Assembly (NCBI GenBank): GCA_024686575.1
Contig: GCA_024686575.1_4863.1
Strand: one strand, 5' to 3'
Source of the DNA: a phage
Length of the DNA: 64,000 bases
Shown here one piece after another: positions 19,184 through 29,635 of this stretch; the stretch's first letter is position 1; every line of letters begins with the position of its first letter. A program made the position numbers and the translations under genes. The notes beneath the pieces were generated by a model. That model ran no database searches. It was not told where the DNA came from and worked only from the letters and a program-made list of their open reading frames with translations.

Positions 19184-20461
19184 TTATGCTTTAGACTTTT
19201 CGTACGCGCCAATACCAGCGCCGATGTAGCCGTTCAGGCCGCTGATAACAGTGTTACCAACGTGAGCCACAGCACGGTTCAGAGTCTGGTAGTTACGCAC
19301 AGCCTGGTCAGCTGCAGTGCGTGCATTACGCAGCGCTTCCCACTCGCCTTCGTCGTTGGATTTTTTCAGAGCGGCAGCAGCTTTGGCAGCAGCCTCTTCC
19401 AGTTTCTCAACGTCAGCGTCGTAGCTGCGGAAGTCTTGCAGGACTTTCTCGAAGCCTTTACCGATAACGTCCAGGGCAGACGCAGCAGATGCCAGTGCAG
19501 AAATAGCCGGAGTAGCGATTTCTTTCGTTTCAGAAACGTCACCCGTCGACAGGAAGGCCACTGCGGTGAATTCCTGACCGCCTGCCAGAGTTTTGGTGCC
19601 GGTCTGTACATAGGCGTTGCCTGGCAGTGCCAGAACTTTCTGACCGCCTTCGCCGTCTTCGAATTGCGGCAGTGCGCGCAGTTTCTTCGCAGCGGTACCA
19701 AACAGGGCAACGTCAACAGCGCCTTTAGCAGCGGTTGCGGTACCGTCTGAAGTTTTGGTGATCGCTACAGCAGAGTCAGCCGCCTGAGAGGACAGCTTGT
19801 TGATAGCATCTTTCGCTTTACCGCCGGTCAGCTCTTTCGCGATAGCGATAGAGTTGGCCACATCGAATTCACCTTCGATAGACAGTTTGCTAATAAAGCC
19901 ACCAGAAATGTTTTCTTTCTTCTGTTTGCCGAGCTTACGCAGCATCTCCTGGTAAGCTTTCGCACGTTTCTGCGCGGACTTACCAACGTTGATGTACTTC
20001 AGTTTCAGCTCTTTCGCTTTCGCGATAACTGCTTTACACAGTTCAACGAAGCGTTCGAACAGATCTTTCAGGGTTTCTTTCCAGCCTTCCTGAGCTGCTT
20101 TGGTCATGCCACGGCCACGGCGATAAGATTCGCGTGCCAGTTTGGTACGATCGATAGCCCAACGCTTACGGATAGATTCCTGCGCCACCTCGGTGTGAGC
20201 GATGGCTTCTTCAGGCATCTCTTCACCGTTTTCGATTTTTTCGTCAGCAGCGTCGATAGCAGCTTCGGTACGCTCGGTATCAGCAGCCAGAGTTTCCTGG
20301 TCACCATCGAGCTGTTCCAGCTGACCGTCGATAGACGCAACTTCTGCCAGCTGAACGTCGATGTTCTCTTCTGCCGGTTCAACGTTGCTCAGACCGTCGA
20401 TTACGTCGCCGGTAGCTTCAACGGACTCGCGGGCGAGTTTACTTTTTACAAAGTTTGCCAT
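19184..20461 (-). CDS. paralog B of a tandem pair; candidate protease-processed head/internal protein
   Basis: 425 aa; same N-terminal 15 aa and same C-terminal GYIGAGIGAYEKSK motif as paralog A; shared AQESIRKRWA motif; divergent middle. Confidence 0.6.
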   Translation of the reverse strand: MANFVKSKLARESVEATGDVIDGLSNVEPAEENIDVQLAEVASIDGQLEQLDGDQETLAADTERTEAAIDAADEKIENGEEMPEEAIAHTEVAQESIRKRWAIDRTKLARESYRRGRGMTKAAQEGWKETLKDLFERFVELCKAVIAKAKELKLKYINVGKSAQKRAKAYQEMLRKLGKQKKENISGGFISKLSIEGEFDVANSIAIAKELTGGKAKDAINKLSSQAADSAVAITKTSDGTATAAKGAVDVALFGTAAKKLRALPQFEDGEGGQKVLALPGNAYVQTGTKTLAGGQEFTAVAFLSTGDVSETKEIATPAISALASAASALDVIGKGFEKVLQDFRSYDADVEKLEEAAAKAAAALKKSNDEGEWEALRNARTAADQAVRNYQTLNRAVAHVGNTVISGLNGYIGAGIGAYEKSKA

Positions 20462-20517
20462 TTGTTTCGGTTCCTTTGGTTATAACCCAATTACACGCCC
20501 CTAGATAAGGGGCCCCC

Positions 20518-21075
20518 TTAGGGACGTGCGATTTTTAAAAACACTGCTAACGACGAGATCATATCGGATAACCCGTTCGGACGTGTCAACCAACGTGCCA
20601 GCAGTTCGTGGTCTGCATAAGATAATAGACGCCGGTCAGGCGTGTACGTCTGATGCGCAGTTCCCATTTGGCGAACTTGCCCACTACGGCCGTAAGCCGC
20701 AGCAAGAAGTCGTGAGCCCAGGGAACCGGTTCGCTCTACTTGCTTGGTAGAGTGGATATCGTTCATGTACGATACCAGAAGAACGGACCACTGTCCTGTT
20801 GACACTGTACGGCGTTTACCGTCAAGTATGAACGATGCAGTTTCGTTATAGAACGTATTAAACGTAAAACCGACCTGCGGATATTCGTCATATAATACTT
20901 GTTGGACAGAGTCAGCGCCCATCATGCGGAAATACGGCAGCACGACGGCTGCAGCTTCCAGGGTTTCATGTATCAGTTCGTCGTCATGAACCAGCACGGG
21001 GTTTTGGGTCAGTTTCGCCATGTAGTTTTTAATCAACTTCTCGGCGAGGTTAAAATTCTGGTCATTGTCAAACAT
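20518..21075 (-). CDS. hypothetical protein
   Basis: 185-aa ORF. Confidence 0.5.
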   Translation of the reverse strand: MFDNDQNFNLAEKLIKNYMAKLTQNPVLVHDDELIHETLEAAAVVLPYFRMMGADSVQQVLYDEYPQVGFTFNTFYNETASFILDGKRRTVSTGQWSVLLVSYMNDIHSTKQVERTGSLGSRLLAAAYGRSGQVRQMGTAHQTYTPDRRLLSYADHELLARWLTRPNGLSDMISSLAVFLKIARP

Positions 21076-21098
21076 GAGACTCTCCTGATAATACGGCC

Positions 21099-22031
21099 TT
21101 AAACCAGACCGTATTTTTTCTCCAGACGTTCACGTTTGTACTTGAGTTCCATCAAGCGCTTTTCGTGCGCTTCGATGAGTTTCTCAATGTGCACGTCCCC
21201 TTCACCGGCAGCCAGTTGTTTCTTGTACAACAGAATACGCAGTTCAGTCGCTTTCGCGGCTTCCACGCACTCGTCATAACGATCCATTTGCCATTCTGCA
21301 ATATTCAGACGCACGCGGTAGACGATCGACAGCGGGAACGGGACGGAGGACATGCCCAGCGGGTCAGTGGTGTTCGAACCGAACTGCTGAACCAATTGGC
21401 TATATGTCTCTTCGTCAAACACCGCTTCGGGTATCTCAGCGTAGTCTGCTTTCAGTTTGGTAATGGGGGTTGCCAGGACGCGCACCGCAATACAGAAAGA
21501 CGTCTTACGAGTTTGCAGATACTGAAGGTCTTTCGGACCGATTCCCTTCACTGCAATGTTCGAGTCTTGTACAGCGGCAATCTCTTCGGCCGTGATGTAG
21601 TTAATCAGGGTGCTAGCGTAACCGACGAAGAATTCGATCATATCCAGCAACTGCAACACGGTTTGTTTGTTGAACGTTAGAGATGATGTCACCAACGTCT
21701 TCCCGATGTCACGGTCGATACACTGCTCCAGGAAAGGTCGCAGCGCCTGTACGTTCTGCATAGACGCGATGACGTACTCCAGCATACTTGCGTTACGTAA
21801 CCCTTTAACTTCCAAACCGGAGCTATGCAGGTACTTAACGATTTCAGTAGAAAGGTCTGCAACAGGCTTCGCTTTAAATGGCTTACCCTGGATACTTCCT
21901 ACCAGTTCCTGGAGGTTCTGGAACTGTGGCTCTAACGCAGCAATCGAGTCGCAGTTAGATGACAGTTGATTTTTTAAGTTGGTGGCTTCGAAGCTCGGCA
22001 GCAACATCGCCAACATATTCGGAATCGGCAT
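21099..22031 (-). CDS. hypothetical protein
   Basis: Track ORF 21099..22076 overlaps the upstream gene; internal ATG at 22029-22031 has an AAGGGG RBS and sits just after the upstream stop. Confidence 0.5.
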   Translation of the reverse strand: MPIPNMLAMLLPSFEATNLKNQLSSNCDSIAALEPQFQNLQELVGSIQGKPFKAKPVADLSTEIVKYLHSSGLEVKGLRNASMLEYVIASMQNVQALRPFLEQCIDRDIGKTLVTSSLTFNKQTVLQLLDMIEFFVGYASTLINYITAEEIAAVQDSNIAVKGIGPKDLQYLQTRKTSFCIAVRVLATPITKLKADYAEIPEAVFDEETYSQLVQQFGSNTTDPLGMSSVPFPLSIVYRVRLNIAEWQMDRYDECVEAAKATELRILLYKKQLAAGEGDVHIEKLIEAHEKRLMELKYKRERLEKKYGLV

Positions 22032-22041
22032 TCTTTTCCCC

Positions 22042-23160
22042 TTACAGTACCGGATTCGCGCCAGCGCGATAGGCATCGATGATTTTGTTTACATCGCCGC
22101 TACCGGACTTCGCCTTGCTAAAGTCTGATTTGTCGAGTTCTTGAGACCCGGTCTGACCACGCGTATAAATGGTTACACGGTTCCAGGTCTGGTCGACAAC
22201 CACGTAGTAAACAGTCAGGGTGTCTTTGAACACACGCTGGCGGATATTGTAATCATCGAAGTCACCGCCCAGCTGAGCAGTCAGATCGTCGATAGTTTCT
22301 TGAGAAACCACCATAACCGAAGACGCGTTGTTGATGGATGGGCTCAGTGTCAGCAGGCCAGACAGCCAGTTGGCGTTTTTCTTCTCCATCATCTTGCGGT
22401 AATAACCGGACTTATCACGGAAGCGGTTCTTACGGTATTCTTCGATAAGGTCATTACACAGCGCGATATCTTTCGCGTAGCTGAGAGAACCGACCTTCGC
22501 GCGCAGCACACGTTCCCAGAAGGTTTTGGTTTGATCGCTGAACGCGATGAGCGTTTTCATTTCGTCGGTCGGCAGAGACTTCACATCAAGACGCAGACGC
22601 ATCGGCAGCTCGACTTTATTACCGTCACGTTCGAAGGTAACAGAGAACACTTTACCGTTGGACAGACCTTCTTGATCATGCAGGAGCTTCAGCGTGTTGT
22701 TCGGCAGCACAGAACCTGCGGACGATTCAGTCGCTACTTTGTTATCGGATTTCTGGCGACGGGATTCACCGACCGCAAGCCCGATTTTATCGTATGACGG
22801 CAGCGTGTGACGGGAGGACTCGCCGATTGCGAAAGACGCTAAGCGAGAACCCGAACGTGCAGCCGCGTCGAGGGCATTACGACGGGTGCTAACCTGGTCA
22901 AGCGTACCAAGGATATCAACCTCAGGAACACCTACCAGAATTGAGATGGCGGTAAGTTGGTTGCCCGCGAGCAGGATTTGGATTTTCTCCAGAATACCTG
23001 GCAGGTAATCTAAGCCCAACAGACTTTGTTCAACCAGCGTGGTGTGCTCGTTGTACAGCACAGAGTTGAATTCTTCCGTCGATTCCGCCCGCTGGCGAAG
23101 CAGCATGGGAAACTTAGAAAGAAAGGAGACGAGCGATGTCTCAAATGTTTTTTCTGCCAT
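22042..23160 (-). CDS. hypothetical protein
   Basis: 372-aa ORF; start only about 22 nt from the divergent + gene at 23183. Confidence 0.55.
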   Translation of the reverse strand: MAEKTFETSLVSFLSKFPMLLRQRAESTEEFNSVLYNEHTTLVEQSLLGLDYLPGILEKIQILLAGNQLTAISILVGVPEVDILGTLDQVSTRRNALDAAARSGSRLASFAIGESSRHTLPSYDKIGLAVGESRRQKSDNKVATESSAGSVLPNNTLKLLHDQEGLSNGKVFSVTFERDGNKVELPMRLRLDVKSLPTDEMKTLIAFSDQTKTFWERVLRAKVGSLSYAKDIALCNDLIEEYRKNRFRDKSGYYRKMMEKKNANWLSGLLTLSPSINNASSVMVVSQETIDDLTAQLGGDFDDYNIRQRVFKDTLTVYYVVVDQTWNRVTIYTRGQTGSQELDKSDFSKAKSGSGDVNKIIDAYRAGANPVL

Positions 23161-23182
23161 TTTTAACTAAACTCCGGAGTTA

Positions 23183-24445
23183 ATGATGAGTAACGAGACC
23201 GATAAGAACGATCCGGGGTATGACCCGAATACCGACTACGACAATTCGTATCAAAACCCGAATAATATCGATGCAGTACCATCGGTCGCCGACTACTTTG
23301 ACCGTCGACTGTCCGATGCGAAACCCACCACGGCGTACAACGTTAATGATGAGTTATCGGGTTGGAATGACCGTATCCGTCTTACGTTAGGTTTGGGTCT
23401 GGCTGCGCAGCGTGTGACCAACCCCTACATGGGGTTCAACCATATGATGGCGTCGAACCCGACGCCTGTTAACCGTGAGTACGGTGGTCTAACCTTTATT
23501 ACCCGCCCTGACTTCAACTTGTGCTTTGACAACATTGCCAACTCGCGCAAGATGTCGAACATGGCTTCTCAGCCGAAATCGTCACTCGACTATTCCATTC
23601 TGGCAGCGTTAGACCCAGATTTTGAATTGGGGTTCTCTGATTCACCGATGGAAGATGGGCGAAGAAAGAACCGTTTGGGCACGCCATTCATGAAGGACAT
23701 TATGTTTGACAATCTTCAGGCATTCATACCATTGCTGAGTACACAGATGCTGAGCCTCTCGGGGATGCCTGACCAGTCTGTCGATAACTGGATGTCTGAA
23801 GAAGGTTTGATGCGCGAACAGTGGGGTATGGTTGACTCCACACATGAAATCAATAACCAGTACAGCATGTCGATGTCGCTGAACAACCCATACGGCAACC
23901 CTATCATGCGAATGATGGGTGTGTGGCTGGAGTATATGTCCGGCATTAAAATGGGTAAGTTCAAACCGAAGATGCGTAACTCCATCCAACGTCGCATTGA
24001 CTACCAGTCAAGGATGTACGGGTTTAAATACGACGCACTCGGAAACATTACCCGTTTCTGGACAGCGTGTGTTTGTTGGCCGATGAACGATAACGCCGGT
24101 CAAATGGCGAACGTCGATAACACCAAGCCTCAATTAAATGACGACACCACAATTAACCTCAACTGGCAATGCATCGGGGCGCGCTTCGATGACCCATTGT
24201 ACATGGAGATGTTCAACTTGACGGTGTCTATGTTTAACCCGGATATGATGCCGCAACCAGGGAGTGTTGCAGCGGGCAACTTTATCCCGATTGCCGAAGA
24301 CCAGCTTGTGCCGATTGCACCACAGCTACTACCGCTGTTCAACTACTACGGCTATCCGCACATCGACTCCCTGCGTCGTAAGCTGACCTGGTATGTTTAT
24401 CAGGCAGATTACCAATTCATCCTTAAACGAGCGGGCTTACTGTAA
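23183..24445 (+). CDS. hypothetical protein
   Basis: 420-aa ORF, GGAG RBS; stop overlaps the next start (TAATG). Confidence 0.55.
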   Translation: MMSNETDKNDPGYDPNTDYDNSYQNPNNIDAVPSVADYFDRRLSDAKPTTAYNVNDELSGWNDRIRLTLGLGLAAQRVTNPYMGFNHMMASNPTPVNREYGGLTFITRPDFNLCFDNIANSRKMSNMASQPKSSLDYSILAALDPDFELGFSDSPMEDGRRKNRLGTPFMKDIMFDNLQAFIPLLSTQMLSLSGMPDQSVDNWMSEEGLMREQWGMVDSTHEINNQYSMSMSLNNPYGNPIMRMMGVWLEYMSGIKMGKFKPKMRNSIQRRIDYQSRMYGFKYDALGNITRFWTACVCWPMNDNAGQMANVDNTKPQLNDDTTINLNWQCIGARFDDPLYMEMFNLTVSMFNPDMMPQPGSVAAGNFIPIAEDQLVPIAPQLLPLFNYYGYPHIDSLRRKLTWYVYQADYQFILKRAGLL

Positions 24446-27405
24446 TGACTACGAAAACGTACGACGCATTATCGAAAGACTTGCTACTGATGGCACATAA
24501 CCCATCAGCAATGCAGTCGTTAATGCTGAACCAGCTCCAAGACGTGCAGGACGCCGACGGGCAAATCCTGCTACGTGACCCGACCGACCCGGTGGTCTAC
24601 ATGACCGAAGTCGGAATTACGATGGGCCACACGATTATCCAGGGCGATCGGGACACCATTCCGAAAATGTTCCCCTCTATGGCACAAACTCACGATGATC
24701 TGTTCCGCCACATGTCTGACGTGGATTATGTCGATGTTTTTGCCCAGCCATCACAAGCGACCTTACTGCTGCTTCTAGATGTCGACTCTCTATTAGCGAA
24801 GGCGATGCCGTTAAACGTGGCAGGTATTCGTAAAGTAGTGATTCCGCGGGATACCGTCTTTACTGTTTCAGGTTACAACTTTGCCATTCAGTATCCCATC
24901 GAAATTCGAGTGCTGCCGTATGGTACTGTTGATAATCCAGCCTTCCAGGTCTTGTGGATTACCGAAACCCAGTCACCGATATCGCCCGTAACCACTAACG
25001 CGTTGGACTGGGAACTGACAAGTGTTCCCAGCACACCGTCGCAGATACTGGCTATCCGTATTCCGGTGATGCAGTACAGTGTAAAGGACGAGAACGATAC
25101 GTTGTTGGGGCAGAACACGTTTGTGATGACGCGCACGTTCACCAACAAGTTCTTCTACGCACGGGTGTGGAATAAACCGTCCAATTCAAACACCTGGACA
25201 GAAATCCATCACACGCACAGTCGTGACGTTTACGATCCAAACACACCTACGGCGCTGATTCAAGTCGTTAACCAGTCCATTCGCTGTACGATACCGTCTA
25301 TCTACATGGCGAAGAACCTGGTAAGTGGTGAAATCCGCATGGACGTATATACGACCATCGGGCCACTCGACCTCGACGTTTCTGCATTTCCGGCGGACGA
25401 GTACACCTTCTCATTGCGCGACTTGAACGGTGAATACGATGCGGGATACATCAACCCGTTGAAATCATTCTCCATCAAAATGCTGGTTGCTGAAGAAGGC
25501 AGTTACGCCACCGGGGGGCGTACACAACTTTCGTTTGATGAGTTGCGTGACCGTGTGGTAAATAACGCTGTGGGGATTCGCAAACTGCCTGTAACGGAAA
25601 AGCAGTTAGAAGCCACCGTATCGGATTACGGTCTAACGTTATCGAAGCCAAACGATTACGTAACTGGGCGTACTTACTTCCTGACTGCGCCGATGCCGGA
25701 GTCCACGTTATCTAAAGTGAGTTCCCCTATCGGAACCATCACCGCCCCGCTGTACTTTAGCTGGGATGAACTGGTGAAACTGCCGACGGTCCGTATTAAC
25801 GGCAACCGTTTGACGATTGAGCCGGATACGCTGTATCGCTTTACGGATACCAGTCTGCAAATCGATGCGGAGATGACCATCCTTGCGAAGACCATGCGTA
25901 AAGAAGATTTGGTTAACGCGGGTAACACTAACCGTTACCTGTTCACACCGTTCCATTACGTGGTGGACATTAACAACAAATCTTGCGATGTTCGTATTTA
26001 CCAACTCGATAAACCGCAGTTGAACTCAAAACGTTTCGTTAGCACCAACGTGACAACGGAGCTGAGTGTTGTCACTGCAGATTATCAGATTGAGAAAACG
26101 AGCGAAGGTTATATCCTGCGCACTGTGACTAAGTCAGAACCGCCATACCAGGCGTTAAGTGATGACCAAGTCTTTGCGCAGATTTCCTTCTCGCCACGCA
26201 ACGCAGACGGTAAGTTGGCGTACATCAACGGCACCTTAGTGGGTCGTCAAGGTTCGGAGCGTGTATGGGAATTCTTGTTGAAAACCAATCTCGATGTTGA
26301 CCGTAACGATGAGCTGATTATCAACAACACCCGAATCACCACCGAAGTGGATGTGGACACACCTGCACCGTTGTTAACCGAGTATAACGTGTTCTACGGC
26401 TGTACGGGTTACTACCCCGGTAATTACGAACGCGCTGAAATGGATACAATGATTGTACCGCCTGCGCGCGATGGTATTGGGATTACTCATGAGATTTTCA
26501 AAATCGAGCTGGGTAAAGCCATGTCCTATTACTGGCGAAAAGCACGTGCAGTAACGGACAGCATCAACTACGAATACTACCAGAAGGACGTTCTGGCGTA
26601 TTGGGAAAAGGATGTTATTAAAACCAAAGAAGATGGTGTAACGCCTGAGTATACGTACGACCCTAATGCTGTTCCACCGTTGCAAATCACGTACCTGCAT
26701 CGCAAAGGCGATCCGAAAATAGACCCGGTCACCGGTGAACAAGAAATCGCACACCACGTTGGGGAGCAAATCTTCGACGGGAACGGTCAGCCTATTATTG
26801 CGAAACCGCGCAGTATTAAGTTCCGTAGTGAAATGGCTGTCTTTGATGCCCGTTATAAGTTCGCAACCTCGAAAGCGGTTAAAACGTACCTTGATAGCGT
26901 AATTGACAACATCATCAACTATGTTACGGTGGTACTGCCTAATCTGAAACCGCTGCTGTTGGAGCAAACTGAAGGCTTCTTTGTTCCTATCACCACGATG
27001 GGTTATATCGACGTACGTACCGAAGACGGGGTTGTGTCACCGTTGCCTGCTGAAAACCAGTTCACTGTCAAATATTACCTCACGGCAGCGAACCGCGCAA
27101 ACAGCGAGCTTCTGGCACAAATCCGGAAACGGACTTCGCAAGTCATTAACGATTATCTGTCAACACATCTGACCGTTTCAGCAACCGAGATTGGTAATGC
27201 GCTACGCACCACGCTTAACGATGCCATTATCGGTGTTGAACTCGACGACATGGGGCCAGATAAAGACCTGCGACTGTTCACTGTCATTACCGAAGCGGCA
27301 CGTGCCACGATTGGTAAGAAGCTCGATATCGAAGCCAATGGCGACATCGGTTTGAAAGATGACATCGTACTGTCGTACAACCGTCACGATACCGAAAAAG
27401 AATAA
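24445..27405 (+). CDS. large hypothetical protein (virion structural candidate)
   Basis: 986-aa ORF translationally coupled to the upstream gene; strong terminator directly downstream. Structural role inferred from size only. Confidence 0.6.
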   Translation: MTTKTYDALSKDLLLMAHNPSAMQSLMLNQLQDVQDADGQILLRDPTDPVVYMTEVGITMGHTIIQGDRDTIPKMFPSMAQTHDDLFRHMSDVDYVDVFAQPSQATLLLLLDVDSLLAKAMPLNVAGIRKVVIPRDTVFTVSGYNFAIQYPIEIRVLPYGTVDNPAFQVLWITETQSPISPVTTNALDWELTSVPSTPSQILAIRIPVMQYSVKDENDTLLGQNTFVMTRTFTNKFFYARVWNKPSNSNTWTEIHHTHSRDVYDPNTPTALIQVVNQSIRCTIPSIYMAKNLVSGEIRMDVYTTIGPLDLDVSAFPADEYTFSLRDLNGEYDAGYINPLKSFSIKMLVAEEGSYATGGRTQLSFDELRDRVVNNAVGIRKLPVTEKQLEATVSDYGLTLSKPNDYVTGRTYFLTAPMPESTLSKVSSPIGTITAPLYFSWDELVKLPTVRINGNRLTIEPDTLYRFTDTSLQIDAEMTILAKTMRKEDLVNAGNTNRYLFTPFHYVVDINNKSCDVRIYQLDKPQLNSKRFVSTNVTTELSVVTADYQIEKTSEGYILRTVTKSEPPYQALSDDQVFAQISFSPRNADGKLAYINGTLVGRQGSERVWEFLLKTNLDVDRNDELIINNTRITTEVDVDTPAPLLTEYNVFYGCTGYYPGNYERAEMDTMIVPPARDGIGITHEIFKIELGKAMSYYWRKARAVTDSINYEYYQKDVLAYWEKDVIKTKEDGVTPEYTYDPNAVPPLQITYLHRKGDPKIDPVTGEQEIAHHVGEQIFDGNGQPIIAKPRSIKFRSEMAVFDARYKFATSKAVKTYLDSVIDNIINYVTVVLPNLKPLLLEQTEGFFVPITTMGYIDVRTEDGVVSPLPAENQFTVKYYLTAANRANSELLAQIRKRTSQVINDYLSTHLTVSATEIGNALRTTLNDAIIGVELDDMGPDKDLRLFTVITEAARATIGKKLDIEANGDIGLKDDIVLSYNRHDTEKE

Positions 27406-27411
27406 AAAGCA

Positions 27412-27450
27412 CTACCCTCTCCCGAAGGAGAGGGTAGCCTTTTATTTTAT
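27412..27450. terminator. bidirectional rho-independent terminator
   Basis: Hairpin CTACCCTCTCC-CGAA-GGAGAGGGTAG flanked by an A-run on the 5' side and a T-run on the 3' side, between convergent genes. Confidence 0.7.
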
Positions 27451-29180
27451 TCGCCGTCAAGCATATTTTTGCGATTATTGCCTTTCACCAACGGGTTACG
27501 TTTGGCCAGGTTCAGTATCGTCTGCAGTGTAGCGGCAGCACCGCAACAACGACGCACCAAAGACAGGTTACGTCGCAAGCCGACGAAGAGGTCTTCATCC
27601 CCGTCTGGGGAGAATAACACCATCGAGAGTTCACGACCGTCGGTACGCAGGCCAGAAGGCTGATTAAGCTCATTCATGATGACTTCGCTAATCAGGTTAA
27701 CGTATTCAACGTTATCCTTGGTTGCTTTCTGGAACTGCTCCAACACTTTAATCGTGTTGTTAACCGCCTTATCCAGTGCACTGTAACGATTCAGGTTAGT
27801 CGCAGCGGTGTCGTTGGTAAAGCCTTGTTTACCTAACGTTACCACTACAGCCAGCAACTCACGTTCGTCACCAACCGATAACGTGCCTGCCTGACGCATT
27901 TGCTCTAAACACTCGCGTCCCAAGAACGCAGATGCTTGTGCGTTGACCAATACCTTACCAGGCACGAAGTCCACACCATCGTCATGACCCACCAAACCAC
28001 GAACTTTGTTTTCTGGGATAACGACCAAAGGTGCAGTAGCGTATTCGAATCCTTTGCGGGAAACGTCGCTGATGATGAAGTTCATCGTGGTGTTCAGCTG
28101 CGCTAACGCCTGACCGAAAATAAGCGCGGTGTCGTGTGCTGCTTTGTTAACTTGCTTACCGTTGTGCGTGGTGGTTGAACCTTGCTGATTCTTAAAACCT
28201 TCGGCGACGCTTGGGTCAATCATCGCTTTAAAGGCACTCTGGAGCGAGCCAAAGTAACCGATAAGTTCGCTGGCAACATTCGACATCTGATGGAAGTTCA
28301 ACAGGTTCGGAATACGCACACCGGCTTCGCGAGCAGACTTCGGTAACGCCTGCCAGGCTTTCTTACCCACTTCAATCGGGTAGATACCGTACGTCACGTT
28401 GTGTTGTAACAGGGTGTCTAACAGATCGTGAATAACCTGCTGGCTTGACTGACGTTTCTTAGTGTAGCCTTTGAACAACTCAGTGAACGGCGAACGACCC
28501 AGCGCGCTGCTCAAGTCGTTCAGATACTCTTCCGCGTTCATGTTCGTAAACACTTCGTCGGCCATCGCGATAGCCAAGTTCAGGTTTTCCAGATCACGAC
28601 CTTTCAGACCCTTAGAGGCTTCGATGTATGCATCTTTCACTGCGCTGATTTTCAACTGACCGATGATAGTGTTTTCGGTCTGGGAGAAACTCTCTGCTTT
28701 TTCGCCGACTTTCTCAGCGTAACCTTCGCCGTCGAATTCGCCATTACCAGCAAACCCGTTACCGTTGCTGATAATCCAACCGATGATTTTGATAATCGCG
28801 GTCATGATCAACACAACCAATCCCACTTTACCTGCATTTGCCCAGGATTCGAGCGCAACAATAGTCTCTTTCTGGTGCGTGCGGGTATAGTTCGAGGTCA
28901 GGATTTTGCGAACGGCTTCGGGAATTGTACCTGGGCGAGAAGATTCAACAGCGACAGCGACATCTTTCGACAGACCTGCGCGACGCACTTCGTCAAGAAT
29001 CGCGTCAATTTGCAGAATCAGTCGAGAGCCGTAGATTAAGTCAGCTTCGTTGCGTTGCATGTACAGATTGAGCTGGTTGACAGAATCAATACGCTCGGCC
29101 ATACGTGAACGCAGGACTTCACCGATCTCCCCCAAACGCCATTTGGGGTGGGTGGCGTTACCTGTCATTTCCATGCTCAT
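27447..29180 (-). CDS. hypothetical membrane-associated protein
   Basis: 577 aa with a hydrophobic segment VGLVVLIMTAIIKIIGWII. Confidence 0.55.
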   Translation of the reverse strand: MSMEMTGNATHPKWRLGEIGEVLRSRMAERIDSVNQLNLYMQRNEADLIYGSRLILQIDAILDEVRRAGLSKDVAVAVESSRPGTIPEAVRKILTSNYTRTHQKETIVALESWANAGKVGLVVLIMTAIIKIIGWIISNGNGFAGNGEFDGEGYAEKVGEKAESFSQTENTIIGQLKISAVKDAYIEASKGLKGRDLENLNLAIAMADEVFTNMNAEEYLNDLSSALGRSPFTELFKGYTKKRQSSQQVIHDLLDTLLQHNVTYGIYPIEVGKKAWQALPKSAREAGVRIPNLLNFHQMSNVASELIGYFGSLQSAFKAMIDPSVAEGFKNQQGSTTTHNGKQVNKAAHDTALIFGQALAQLNTTMNFIISDVSRKGFEYATAPLVVIPENKVRGLVGHDDGVDFVPGKVLVNAQASAFLGRECLEQMRQAGTLSVGDERELLAVVVTLGKQGFTNDTAATNLNRYSALDKAVNNTIKVLEQFQKATKDNVEYVNLISEVIMNELNQPSGLRTDGRELSMVLFSPDGDEDLFVGLRRNLSLVRRCCGAAATLQTILNLAKRNPLVKGNNRKNMLDGE

Positions 29181-29620
29181 GAAATTTGCCCTTTCAGTTC
29201 TGCCATGTAGAAACCAACCACTTCCATAAAGCGGCTAATCCACAGACCGACGGTTTCCCAGATATCTTCACCGAGCGCCTGGTTGAAGATTTCACGAACA
29301 GAGAAACTTTCCAGGGCTTTAGCGCCGCCATACACGTTGCAGTAACGATTGCAGTACAGACCCACGGTCATGTCCTCAATCACGCCCAAATCAACACAGT
29401 ACAGCTCGTTAACGTCGGAGACGATATTACGCATTACCGGACGTAAAAACGTCCCAGCGGCCTCTGCAGCGCCATATTGGCCATTATCAGCCAGTACCGC
29501 GTTATACGCCAGTGAGAAAGCAACCAGACCAGTCAAAGCACGCTGGGCGTGTACGCCTTTCCCTTCGTTGGTACGTTTGAAATCCAGTACCAGGTTATTT
29601 AAAGAAACTTTGTGCGTCAT
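29177..29620 (-). CDS. hypothetical protein
   Basis: 147-aa ORF overlapping the downstream gene by 4 nt. Confidence 0.45.
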   Translation of the reverse strand: MTHKVSLNNLVLDFKRTNEGKGVHAQRALTGLVAFSLAYNAVLADNGQYGAAEAAGTFLRPVMRNIVSDVNELYCVDLGVIEDMTVGLYCNRYCNVYGGAKALESFSVREIFNQALGEDIWETVGLWISRFMEVVGFYMAELKGQIS

Positions 29621-29635
29621 GTTAAGTACCCTTAC

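Noticed and set aside
20490-20515. Hairpin GCCCCTAGATAAGGGGC containing a partial TAGATAA motif
   Set aside because: Only a fragment of the 15-mer and no U-tract; insufficient to call a promoter or terminator.
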